Translations under genes and position numbers: made by a program
In this document: piece after piece, positions 1 to 11,493 of the stretch
How the letters are laid out: the number at the start of each line of letters is the position of its first letter
Position numbering within the stretch: position 1 is the first letter of the stretch
NCBI RefSeq assembly: GCF_964355755.1
Contig: NC_092679.1
Coordinates: 1,270,201 to 1,334,200, forward strand
Source of the DNA: Antedon mediterranea
Taxonomy: Eukaryota; Animalia; Echinodermata
Reading direction: 5' to 3'
DNA length: 64,000 nucleotides
The notes under the pieces: model-generated
Told to the model about the DNA's origin: nothing
The model's database searches: none
Seen by the model: the letters and a program-made list of their open reading frames with translations, nothing else

Positions 1-2185
1 AAATCCTTGTACTATGACTTTGGCAGAAACACAAAAAATATAGTATATTGATATAAGCAGTGAGTTAGAAAAACAAACAAAAAATTGTGACTTAGACTCT
101 TTTGTTATGAGGCTCTCCATATCATCTATATACAAAAAAATTGACCTTTAAGTAACAAAATGTAATAGCATCAGCTCTTCAGATTAAAATTAACACTGAT
201 GATTTTAGAAAAGGAAAGTGGCAATAAAAGAGAAAGAATTTGTAACAAATGGGTTAAAAAATATACTATAAAAATGTATTTCTTATTTTATTTAAAAAAT
301 CATGAGTCTCCTCTCCTTAATTGCCTAAGTCACACAGCTGACTTAGGCAGAAACACAAAAAAACGATTTGAGCATGTGCAAATGTATATAAAAGCACTCA
401 GATAATGTACAGAGGGCAGTATAATGATATAAGCAGTGAGTTAGGCAGATCATAAGTCTCCTCTCCTTAATTTCCTAAGTCACACAGCTGACTTAAGCAG
501 AAATACAAAAAACGGTCTGAGCGTATGCAAATGTATATAAAAGCACTCAGATAATGTACAGAGGGCAGTATAATGATATAAGCAGTGAGTTAGGCAGATC
601 ATAAGTCAGCTCTCCTTAATTGCCTAAGTCACACAGCTGACTTAGGCAGAAACACGAAAAATATAGTATATTGATATAAGCAGTGAGTTAAGCAGATAAT
701 AAGTCAGCTCTCCTTAATTGCCTAAGTCACACAGCTGACCCAGGCAGAAACACAAAAAATATAGTATATTGATATAAGCAGTGAGTTAGACAGAAAAACA
801 AAACAAAAATTAACACTTAGACACTTTTGTTATGAGGCTGTCAATATCATCTATATACAAAAAATGCTACCTTTAAGTAATAAAATTTAATAGCATCAGC
901 TCTTCAGATTAAAATTAACACTGATGATTTTAGAAAAAGAAAGTACCAATAAAGAGAAAGAATTTGTAACAAATGGGTTAGAAAATATACTATAAAATGT
1001 ATTTCTTATTTTATTTAAAAACTCATGAATCTCCTCTCCTTAATTGCCAAAGTCACACAGCTGACTTAGGCAGAAACACAAAAAAACGATTTGAGCATGT
1101 GCAAATGTATATAAAAGCACTCAGATAATGTACAGAGGGCAGTATAATGATATAAGCAGTGAGTTAGGCAGATCATAAGTGAGCTCCCCTTAATTGCCTA
1201 AGTCACACAGCTGACTTAGGCAGAAACACTAAAAACGATCTGAGCGTGTGCAAATGTATATAAAAGCACTCAGATAATGTACAGAGGGCAGTATAATGAT
1301 ATAAGCAGTGAGTTAGGTAGATCATAAGTCTCCTCTCCTTAATTGCCTAAGTCACACAGCTGACTTAAGCAGAAATACAAAAAACGGTCTGAGCGTGTGC
1401 AAATGTATATAAAAGCACTCAGATAATGTACAGAGGGCAGTTTAATGATATAAGCAGTGAGTTAGGCAGATCATAAGTGAGCTCTCCTTAATTGCCTAAG
1501 TCACACAGCTGACTTAGGCAGAAAAACAAAAAATATAGTATATTGATATAAGCAGTGAGTTAGGCAGATCATAAGTCACCTCTCCTTAATTGCCTAAGTC
1601 ACACAGCTGACCCAGGCAGAAACACGAAAAATATAGTATATTGATATAAGCAGTGAGTTAGGCAGAAAAACAAAACAAAAATTATCACTTAGACACTTTT
1701 GTTATGAGGCTGTCAATATCATCTATATACAAAAAATGCTACCTTTAAGTAACAAAATTTAATAGCATCAGTTCTTCAGATAAAAATTAACACTGATGAT
1801 TTTAGAAAAAGAAAGTAGCAATAAAAGAAAAAGAATTTGTAACAAATGGGGTAGAAAATATACTATAAAATGTATTTCTTATTTTATTTAAAAACTCATG
1901 AATCTCCTCTCCTTAAATGCCTAAGTCACACAGCTGACTTAGGCAGAAACACAAAAAAACGATTTGAGCAGTGTGCAAATGTATATAAAAGCACTCAGAT
2001 AATGTACAGAGGGCAGTATAATGATATAAGCAGTGAGTTAGGCAGATCATAAGTCAGCTCTCCTTAATTGCCTAAGTCACACAGCTGACTTAGGCAGAAA
2101 ACACGAAAAATATAGTATATTGATATAAGCAGTGAGTTAGGCAGATCATAAGTCAGCTCTCCTTAATTGCCTAAGTCACACAGAT

Positions 2186-2557
2186 AGTACAGGGATTTTT
2201 TCCAAAAATTGCCAAAATATCAAGTTTTTAAAATTCAATTATTATGCTATAAAATTGCTCTATATGATCATATATTGCTTTATCATCACCTTATAGTACC
2301 ATAGACACCAGTTTTATCAAAAAATAAAAGGGTCGAAAAATGGCCATTTTTAGAAAAAATCCCTCTACTATAGTACAGGGATTTTTTTCCAAAAATAGCC
2401 AAAAATATCAAGTTTTTAAAATTCAATTATTATGTTATAAAATTGCTCCATATGATCATATATTGCTTTATCATCACCTTATAGTACCATAGGCACCAGT
2501 TTTATCGAAAAATAAAAGGGTCGAAAAATGGCAATTTTTGGAAAAAATCCTTGTACT
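2186..2557. mobile_element. Head-to-tail dimer of element M sharing one AT
   Basis: Copy 1 is 2186-2369, AT is 2370-2371, copy 2 is 2372-2557. The junction reads CCCTCTACT-AT-AGTACAGGG. Confidence 0.85.
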
Positions 2558-3330
2558 ATGACTTAGGCAGAAACACAAAAAATATAGTATATTGATATAA
2601 GCAGTGAGTTAGGCAGAAAAACAAAACAAAAATTATCACTTAGACACTTTTGTTATGAGGCTGTCAATATCATCTATATACAAAAAATGCTACCTTTAAG
2701 TAATAAAATTTAATAGCATCAGCTCTTCAGATTAAAATTAACACTGATGATTTTAGAAAAAGAAAGTAGCAATAAAAGAGAAAGAATTTGTAACAAATGG
2801 GTTAAAAAATAAACTATAAAATGTATTTCTTATTTTATTTAAAAACTCATGAATCTCCTCTCCTTAATTGCCTAAGTCACACAGCTGACTTAGGCAGAAA
2901 CACAAAAAAACGATTTGAGCATGTGCAAATGTATATAAAAGCACTCAGATAATGTACAGAGGGCAGTATAATGATATAAGCAGTGAGTTAGGCAGATCAT
3001 AAGTGAGCTCCCCTTAATTGCCTAAGTCACACAGCTGACTTAGGCAGAAACACAACAAATATAGTATAATGATATAAGCAGTGAGTTAGGCAGATCATAA
3101 GTCAGCTCTCCTTAATTGCCTAAGTCACACAGCTGACTTAGGCAGAAAACACGAAAAATATAGTATATTGATATAAGCAGTGAGTTAGGCAGATCATAAG
3201 TCAGCTCTCCTTAAATGCCTAAGTCACACAGCTGACTTAGGCAGAAAACACGAAAAATATAGTATATTGATATAAGCAGTGAGTTAGGCAGATCATAAGT
3301 CAGCTCTCCTTAATTGCCTAAGTCACACAG

Positions 3331-6300
3331 ATAGTACAGGGATTTTTTCCAAAAATCGCCAAAAATATCAAGTTTTTAAAATTCAATTATTATGTTAAAA
3401 AATTTCTCCATATGATCATATATTGCTTTATCATCACCTTATAGTACCATAGACACCAGTTTTATTGAAAAATAAAAGGGTCGAAAAATGGCCATTTTTG
3501 GAAAAAATCCTTGTACTATGACTTAGGCAGAAACACAAAAAATATAGTATATTGATATAAGCAGTGAGTTAGAAAAACAAACAAAAAATTGTGACTTAGA
3601 CTCTTTTGTTATGAGGCTGTCCATATCATCTATATACAAAAAAATTGACCTTTATAAGTAACAAAATGTAATAGCATCAGCTCTTCAGATTAAAATTAAC
3701 ACTGATGATTTTAGAAAAGGAAAGTAGCAATAAAAGAGAAAGAATTTGTAACAAATGGGTTAAAAAATATACTATAAAAATGTATTTCTTATTTTATTTT
3801 AAAAATCACGAGTCTCCTCTCCTTAATTGCCTAAGTCACACAGCTGACTTAGGCAGAAACACAAAAAACGATCTGAGCGTGTGCAAATGTATATAAAAGC
3901 ACTAAGATAATGTACAGAGGGCAGTATAATGATATAAGCAGTGAGTTAGGCAGATCATAAGTCAGCTCTCCTTAATTGCCTAAGTCACACAGCTGACTTA
4001 GGCAGAAACACGAAAAATATAGTATATTGATATAAGCAGTTAGTTAGGCAGAAAAACAAAACAAAAATTATCACTTAGACATTTTTGTTATGAGGCTGTC
4101 AATATCATCTATATACAAAAAATGCTACCTTTAAGTAACAAAATTTAATAGCATCAGCTCTTCAGATTAAAATTAACACTGATGATTTTAGAAAAAGAAA
4201 GTAGCAATAAAAGAGAAAGAATTTGTAACAAATGGGTTAGAAAATATACTATAAAATGTATTTCTTATTTTATTTAAAAACTCATAAATCTCCTCTCCTT
4301 AATTGCCTAAGTCACACAGCTGACTTAGGCAGAAACACAAAAAAACGATTTGAGCATGTGCAAATGTATATAAAAGCACTCAGATAATGTACAGAGGGCA
4401 GTATAATGATATAAGCAGTGAGTTAGGCAGATCATAAGTGAGCTCCCCTTAATTGCCTAAGTCACACAGCTGACTTAGGCAGAAACACAAAAAATATAGT
4501 ATAATGATATAAGCAGTGAGTTAGGCAGATCATAAGTCAGCTCTCCTTAATTGCCTAAGTCACACAGCTGACTTAGGCAGAAAACACGAAAAATATAGTA
4601 TATTGATATAAGCAGTGAGTTAGGCAGATCATAAGTTAGCTCTCCTTAATTTCCTAAGTCACACAGATAGTACAGGGATTTTTTCCAAAAATAGCCAAAA
4701 ATATCAAGTTTTTAAAATTCAATTATTATGTTATGAAATTGCTCCATATGATCATATATTGCTTTATCATCACCTTATAGTACCATAGACACCAGTTTTA
4801 TCGAAAAATAAAAGGGTCGAAAAATGGCCATTTTTTGAAAAAAATCCTTGTACTATGACTTTGGCAGAAACACAAAAAATATAGTATATTGATATAAGCA
4901 GTGAGTTAGAAAAACAAACAAAAAATTGTGACTTAGACTCTTTTGTTATGAGGCTCTCCATATCATTTATGTACAAAAAAATTGACCTTTAAGTAACAAA
5001 ATGTAATAGCATCAGCTCTTCAGATTAAAATTAACACTGATGATTTTAGAAAAGGAAAGTGGCAATAAAAGAGAAAGAATTTGTAACAAATGGGTTAAAA
5101 AATATACTATAAAAATGTATTTCTTATTTTATTTAAAAAATCATGAGTCTCCTCTCCTTAATTGCCTAAGTCACACAGCTGACTTAGGCAGAAACACAAA
5201 AAAACGATTTGAGCATGTGCAAATGTATATAAAAGCACTCAGATAATGTACAGAGGGCAGTATAATGATATAAGCAGTGAGTTAGGCAGATCATAAGTGA
5301 GCTCCCCTTAATTGCCTAAGTCACACAGCTGACTTAGGCAGAAACACAAAAAATATAGTATAATGATATAAGCAGTGAGTTAGGCAGATCATAAGTGAGC
5401 TCTCCTTAATTGCCTAAGTCACACAGATAGTACAGGGATTTTTTCCAAAAATAGCCAAAAATATCAAGTTTTTAAAATTCAATTATTATGTTATAAAATT
5501 GCTCCATATGATCATATATTGCTTTATCATCACCTTATAGTACCATAGACACCAGTTTTATCGAAAAATAAAAGGGTCGAAAAATGGCCATTTTTTGAAA
5601 AAATCCTTGAACTATGACTTAGGCAGAAACACAAAAAATATAGTATATTGATATAAGCAGTGAGTTAGAAAAACAAACAAAAAATTGTGACTTAGACTCT
5701 TTTGTTATGAGGCTGTCTATATCATCTATATACAAAAAATTTTATCTTTAAGTAACAAAATGTAATAGCATCAGCTCTTCAGATTAAAATTAACACTGAT
5801 GATTTTAGAAAAGGAAAGTAGCAATAAAAGAGAAAGAATTTGTAACAAATGGGTTAAAAAATATACTATAAAAATGTATTTCTTATTTTATTTAAAAAAT
5901 CACGAGTCTCCTCTCCTTAATTGCCTAAGTCACACAGCTGACTTAGGCAGAAACACAAAAAACGATCTGAGCGTGTGCAAATGTATATAAAAGCACTCAG
6001 ATAATGTACAGAGGGCAGTATAATGATATAAGCAGTGAGTTAGGCAGATCATAAGTCAGCTCTCCTTAATGGCCTAAGTCACACAGCTGACTTAGGCAGA
6101 AACACGAAAAATATAGTATATTGATATAAGCAGTGAGTTAGGCAGAAAAACAAAACAAAAATTATCACTTAGACACTTTTGTTATGAGGCTGTCAATATC
6201 ATCTATATACAAAAAATGCTACCTTTAAGTAACAAAATTTAATAGCATCAGCTCTTCAGATTAAAATTAACACTGATGATTTTAGAAAAAGAAAGTAGCA

Positions 6301-8280
6301 ATAAAAGAGAAAGAATTTGTAACAAATGGGTTAGAAAATATACTATAAAATGTATTTCTTATTTTATTTAAAAACTCATAAATCTCCTCTCCTTAATTGC
6401 CTAAGTCACACAGCTGACTTAGGCAGAAACACAAAAAAACGATTTGAGCATGTGCAAATGTATATAAAAGCACTCAGATAATGTACAGAGGGCAGTATAA
6501 TGATAAAAGCAGTGAGTTAGGCAGATCATAAGTGAGCTCCCCTTAATTGCCTAAGTCACACAGCTGACTTAGGCAGAAACACAAAAAATATAGTATAATG
6601 ATATAAGCAGTGAGTTAGGCAGATCATAAGTCAGCTCTCCTTAATTGCCTAAGTCACACAGCTGACTTAGGCAGAAAACACGAAAAATATAGTATATTGA
6701 TATAAGCAGTGAGTTAGGCAGATCATAAGTTAGCTCTCCTTAATTTCCTAAGTCACACAGATAGTACAGGGATTTTTTCCAAAAATAGCCAAAAATATCA
6801 AGTTTTTAAAATTCAATTATTATGTTATAAAATTGCTCCATATGATCATATATTGCTTTATCATCACCTTATAGTACCATAGACACCAGTTTTATCGAAA
6901 AATAAAAGGGTCGAAAAATGGCCATTTTTTGAAAAAAATCCTTGTACTATGACTTTGGCAGAAACACAAAAAATATAGTATATTGATATAAGCAGTGAGT
7001 TAGAAAAACAAACAAAAAATTGTGACTTAGACTCTTTTGTTATGAGGCTCTCCATATCATTTATGTACAAAAAAATTGACCTTTAAGTAACAAAATGTAA
7101 TAGTATCAGCTCTTCAGATTAAAATTAACACTGATGATTTTAGAAAAGGAAAGTGGCAATAAAAGAGAAAGAATTTGTAACAAATGGGTTAAAAAATATA
7201 CTATAAAAATGTATTTCTTATTTTATTTAAAAAATCATGAGTCTCCTCTCCTTAATTGCCTAAGTCACACAGCTGACTTAGGCAGAAACACAAAAAAACG
7301 ATTTGAGCATGTGCAAATGTATATAAAAGCACTCAGATAATGTACAGAGGGCAGTATAATGATATAAGCAGTGAGTTAGGCAGATCATAAGTGAGCTCCC
7401 CTTAATTGCCTAAGTCACACAGCTGACTTAGGCAGAAACACAAAAAATATAGTATAATGATATAAGCAGTGAGTTAGGCAGATCATAAGTGAGCTCTCCT
7501 TAATTGCCTAAGTCACACAGATAGTACAGGGATTTTTTCCAAAAATAGCCAAAAATATCAAGTTTTTAAAATTCAATTATTATGTTATAAAATTGCTCCA
7601 TATGATCATATATTGCTTTATCATCACCTTATAGTACCATAGACACCAGTTTTATCGAAAAATAAAAGGGTCGAAAAATGGCCATTTTTTGAAAAAATCC
7701 TTGAACTATGACTTAGGCAGAAACACAAAAAATATAGTATATTGATATAAGCAGTGAGTTAGAAAAACAAACAAAAAATTGTGACTTAGACTCTTTTGTT
7801 ATGAGGCTGTCTATATCATCTATATACAAAAAATTTTACCTTTAAGTAACAAAATGTAATAGCATCAGCTCTTCAGATTAAAATTAACACTGATGATTTT
7901 AGAAAAGGAAAGTAGCAATAAAAGAGAAAGAATTTGTAACAAATGGGTTAAAAAATATACTATAAAAATGTATTTCTTATTTTATTTAAAAAATCACGAG
8001 TCTCCTCTCCTTAATTGCCTAAGTCACACAGCTGACTTAGGCAGAAACACAAAAAACGATCTGAGCGTGTGCAAATGTATATAAAAGCACTCAGATAATG
8101 TACAGAGGGCAGTATAATGATATAAGCAGTGAGTTAGGCAGATCATAAGTCAGCTCTCCTTAATTGCCTAAGTCACACAGCTGACTTAGGCAGAAACACG
8201 AAAAATATAGTATATTGATATAAGCAGTGAGTTAGGCAGAAAAACAAAACAAAAATTATCACTTAGACACTTTTGTTATG
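3331..8280 (+). repeat. Higher-order repeat, period ~2,094 bp (about 2.3 copies)
   Basis: ORF starts 3705/5799/7893, 4770/6864 and 5040/7134, and M starts 4667/6761 and 5427/7521, are all 2,094 apart. Boundaries are approximate. Confidence 0.85.
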
Positions 8281-8469
8281 AGGTTGTCAATATCATCTAT
8301 ATACAAAAAATGCTACCTTTAAGTAATAAAATTTAATAGCATCAGCTCTTCAGATTAAAATTAACACTGATGATTTTAGAAAAAGAAATTAGCAATAAAA
8401 GAGAAAGAATTTGTAACAAATGGGTTAGAAAATATACTATAAAATGTATTTCTTATTTTATTTAAAAAC
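8241..8469 (+). repeat. Representative module C (~229-bp AT-rich spacer; two subtypes, C and C')
   Basis: Lies between GTTAGGCAGA and TCATGAATCTCCTCTCC of an A unit. Subtype C reads ATTATCACTTAGACAC...GGGTTAGAAAATATACTATAAAATG. Subtype C' reads ATTGTGACTTAGACTC...GGGTTAAAAAATATACTATAAAAATG. Confidence 0.93.
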
Positions 8470-8739
8470 TCATGAATCTCCTCTCCTTAATTGCCTAAGT
8501 CACACAGCTGACTTAGGCAGAAACACAACAAAACGATTTGAGCATGTGCAAATGTATATAAAAGCACTCAGATAATGTACAGAGGGCAGTATAATGATAT
8601 AAGCAGTGAGTTAGGCAGATCATAAGTGAGCTCCCCTTAATTGCCTAAGTCACACAGCTGACTTAGGCAGAAACACAAAAAATATAGTATAATGATATAA
8701 GCAGTGAGTTAGGCAGATCATAAGTCAGCTCTCCTTAAT

Positions 8740-8838
8740 TGCCTAAGTCACACAGCTGACTTAGGCAGAAAACACGAAAAATATAGTATATTGATATAAG
8801 CAGTGAGTTAGGCAGATCATAAGTCAGCTCTCCTTAAA
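8740..8838 (+). repeat. Representative module A monomer (98-99 bp)
   Basis: TGCCTAAGTCA (8740-8750), loop CACAGC, TGACTTAGGCA (8757-8767), AT-rich core, GTGAGTTAGGCA (8803-8814), then GATCATAAGTCAGCTCTCCTTAA. Neighbouring copies start 98-99 bp apart. Confidence 0.95.
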
Positions 8839-8955
8839 TGCCTAAGTCACACAGCTGACTTAGGCAGAAAACACGAAAAATATAGTATATTGATATAAGC
8901 AGTGAGTTAGGCAGATCATAAGTCAGCTCTCCTTAATTGCCTAAGTCACACAGAT

Positions 8956-9140
8956 AGTACAGGGATTTTTTCCAAAAATAGCCAAAAATATCAAGTTTTT
9001 AAAATTCAATTATTATGTTATAAAATTTCTCCATATGATCATATATTGCTTTATCATCACCTTATAGTACCATAGACACCAGTTTTATTGAAAAATAAAA
9101 GGGTCGAAAAATGGCCATTTTTGGAAAAAATCCTTGTACT
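8956..9140. mobile_element. Representative module M: 185-bp MITE-like element with ~28-bp TIRs, flanked by AT; about 45 copies in the array
   Basis: Left AGTACAGGGATTTTTTCCAAAAATAGCC versus right GGCCATTTTTGGAAAAAATCCTTGTACT (26/28 complementary). Flanks are CACACAG-AT and AT-GACTTAGGCA, so it interrupts the hairpin loop of an A unit. Related copies occur outside the array (59,229-59,516). Confidence 0.85.
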
Positions 9141-11344
9141 ATGACTTAGGCAGAAACACAAAAAAATATAGTATATTGATATAAGCAGTGAGTTAGAAAA
9201 ACAAACAAAAAATTGTGACTTAGACTCTTTTGTTATGAGGCTGTCCATATCATCTATATACAAAAAAATTGACCTTTAAGTAACAAAATGTAATAGCATC
9301 AGCTCTTCAGATTAAAATTAACACTGATGATTTTAGAAAAGGAAAGTAGCAATAAAAGAGAAAGAATTTGTAACAAATGGGTTAAAAAATATACTATAAA
9401 AATGTATTTCTTATTTTATTTTAAAAATCACGAGTCTCCTCTCCTTAATTGCTTAAGTCACACAGCTGACTTAGGCAGAAACACAAAAAACGATGTGAGC
9501 GTGTGCAAATGTATATAAAAGCACTCAGATAATGTACAGAGGGCAGTATAATGATATAAGCAGTGAGTTAGGCAGATCATAAGTCAGCTCTCCTTAATTG
9601 CCTAAATGACACAGCTGACTTAGGCAGAAACACGAAAAATATAGTATATTGATATAAGCAGTGAGTTAGGCAGAAAAAACAAAACAAAAATTATCACTTA
9701 GACACTTTTGTTATGAGGCTGTCAATATCATCTATATACAAAAATGCTACCTTTAAGTAACAAAATTTAATAGCATCAGCTCTTCAGATTAAAATTAACA
9801 CTGATGATTTTAGAAAAAGAAAGTAGCAATAAAAGAGAAAGAATTTGTAACAAATGGGTTAGAAAATATACTATAAAATGTATTTCTTATTTTATTTAAA
9901 AACTCATGAATCTCCTCTCCTTAATTGCCTAAGTCACACAGCTGACTTAGACAGAAACCCAAAAAAACGATTTGAGCATGTGCAAATGTATATAAAAGCA
10001 CTCAGATAATGTACAGAGGGCAGTATAATGATATAAGCAGTGAGTTAGGCATATCATAAGTGAGCTCCCCTTAATTGCCTAAGTCACACAACTGACTTAG
10101 GCAGAAACACAAAAAATATAGTATAATGATATAAGCAAAGAGTTAGGCAGATCATAAGTGAGCTCTCCATAATTGCCTAAGTCACACAGATAGTACAGGG
10201 ATTTTTTCAAAAAATAGCCAAAAATATGAAGTTTTTAAAATTCAATTATTATGTTATAAAATTGCTCCATATGATCATATATTGCTTTATCATCACCTTA
10301 TAGTACCATAGACACCAGTTTTATCGAAAAATAAAAGGATCCAAAAATGGCCATTTTTGGAAAAAATCCTTGTACTATGACTTAGGCAGAAACACAAAAA
10401 ATATAGTATATTGATATAAGCAGTGAGTTAGAAAAACAAACAAAAAATTGTGACTTAGACTCTTTTGTTATGAGGCTGTCCATATCATCTATATACAAAA
10501 AATTTTACCTTTAAGTAAGAAAATGTAATGGCATCAGCTCTTCAGATTAAAATTAACACTGATGATTTTAGAAAAGGAAAGTAGCAATAAAAGAGAAAGA
10601 ATTTGTAACAAATGGGTTAAAAAATATACTATAAAAATGTATTTCTTATTTTATTTAAAAAATCATGAGTCTCCTCTCCTTAATTGCCTAAGTCACACAG
10701 CTGACTTAGGCAGAAACACAAAAAACGATCTGAGCGTGTGCAAATGTATATAAAAGCACTCAGATAATGTACATAGGGCAGTATAATGATATAAGCAGTG
10801 AGTTAGGCAGATCATAAGTCAGCTCTCCTTAATTGCCTAAGTCACACAGATAGTACAGGGATTTTTTCCAAAAATAGCCAAAAATATCAAGTTTTTAAAA
10901 TTCAATTATTATGTTATAAAATTGCTCCATATGATCATATATTGCTTTATCATCACCTTATAGTACCATAGACACCAGTTTTATCGAAAAATAAAAGGAT
11001 CGAAAAATGGCCATTTTTGGAAAAAATCCTTGTACTATGACTTAGGCAGAAACACAAAAAATATAGTATATTGATATAAGCAGTGAGTTAGAAAAACAAA
11101 CAAAAAATTGTGACTTAGACTCTTTTGTTATGAGGCTGTCCATATCATCTATATACAAAAAATTTTACCTTTAAGTAACAAAATGTAATGGCATCAGCTC
11201 TTCAGATTAAAATTAACACTGATGATTTTAGAAAAGGAAAGTAGCAATAAAAGAGAAAGAATTTGTAACAAATGGGTTAAAAAATATACTATAAAAATGT
11301 ATTTCTTATTTTATTTAAAAAATCATGAGTCTCCTCTCCTTAAT

Positions 11345-11493
11345 TGCCTAAGTCACACAGCTGACTTAGGCAGAAACACAAAAAACGATCTGAGCGTGTG
11401 CAAATGTATATAAAAGCACTCAGATAATGTACATAGGGCAGTATAATGATATAAGCAGTGAGTTAGGCAGATCATAAGTCTCCTCTCCTTAAT
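11345..11493 (+). repeat. Representative module B monomer (149-150 bp): module A with a core about 51 bp longer
   Basis: Same hairpin and tail as A. The core carries CGATCTGAGCGTGTGCAAATGTATATAAAAGCACTCAGATAATGTACA(G/T)AGGGC in place of TAT. Confidence 0.95.

Noticed and set aside
8954-9142. M as a Tc1/mariner MITE with TA duplication, or as a canonical Helitron inserted at A|T
   Set aside because: A TA parse needs an empty site CAGATATGAC, 2 bp longer than the observed loop. The ends are not TC...CTRR and are long TIRs.
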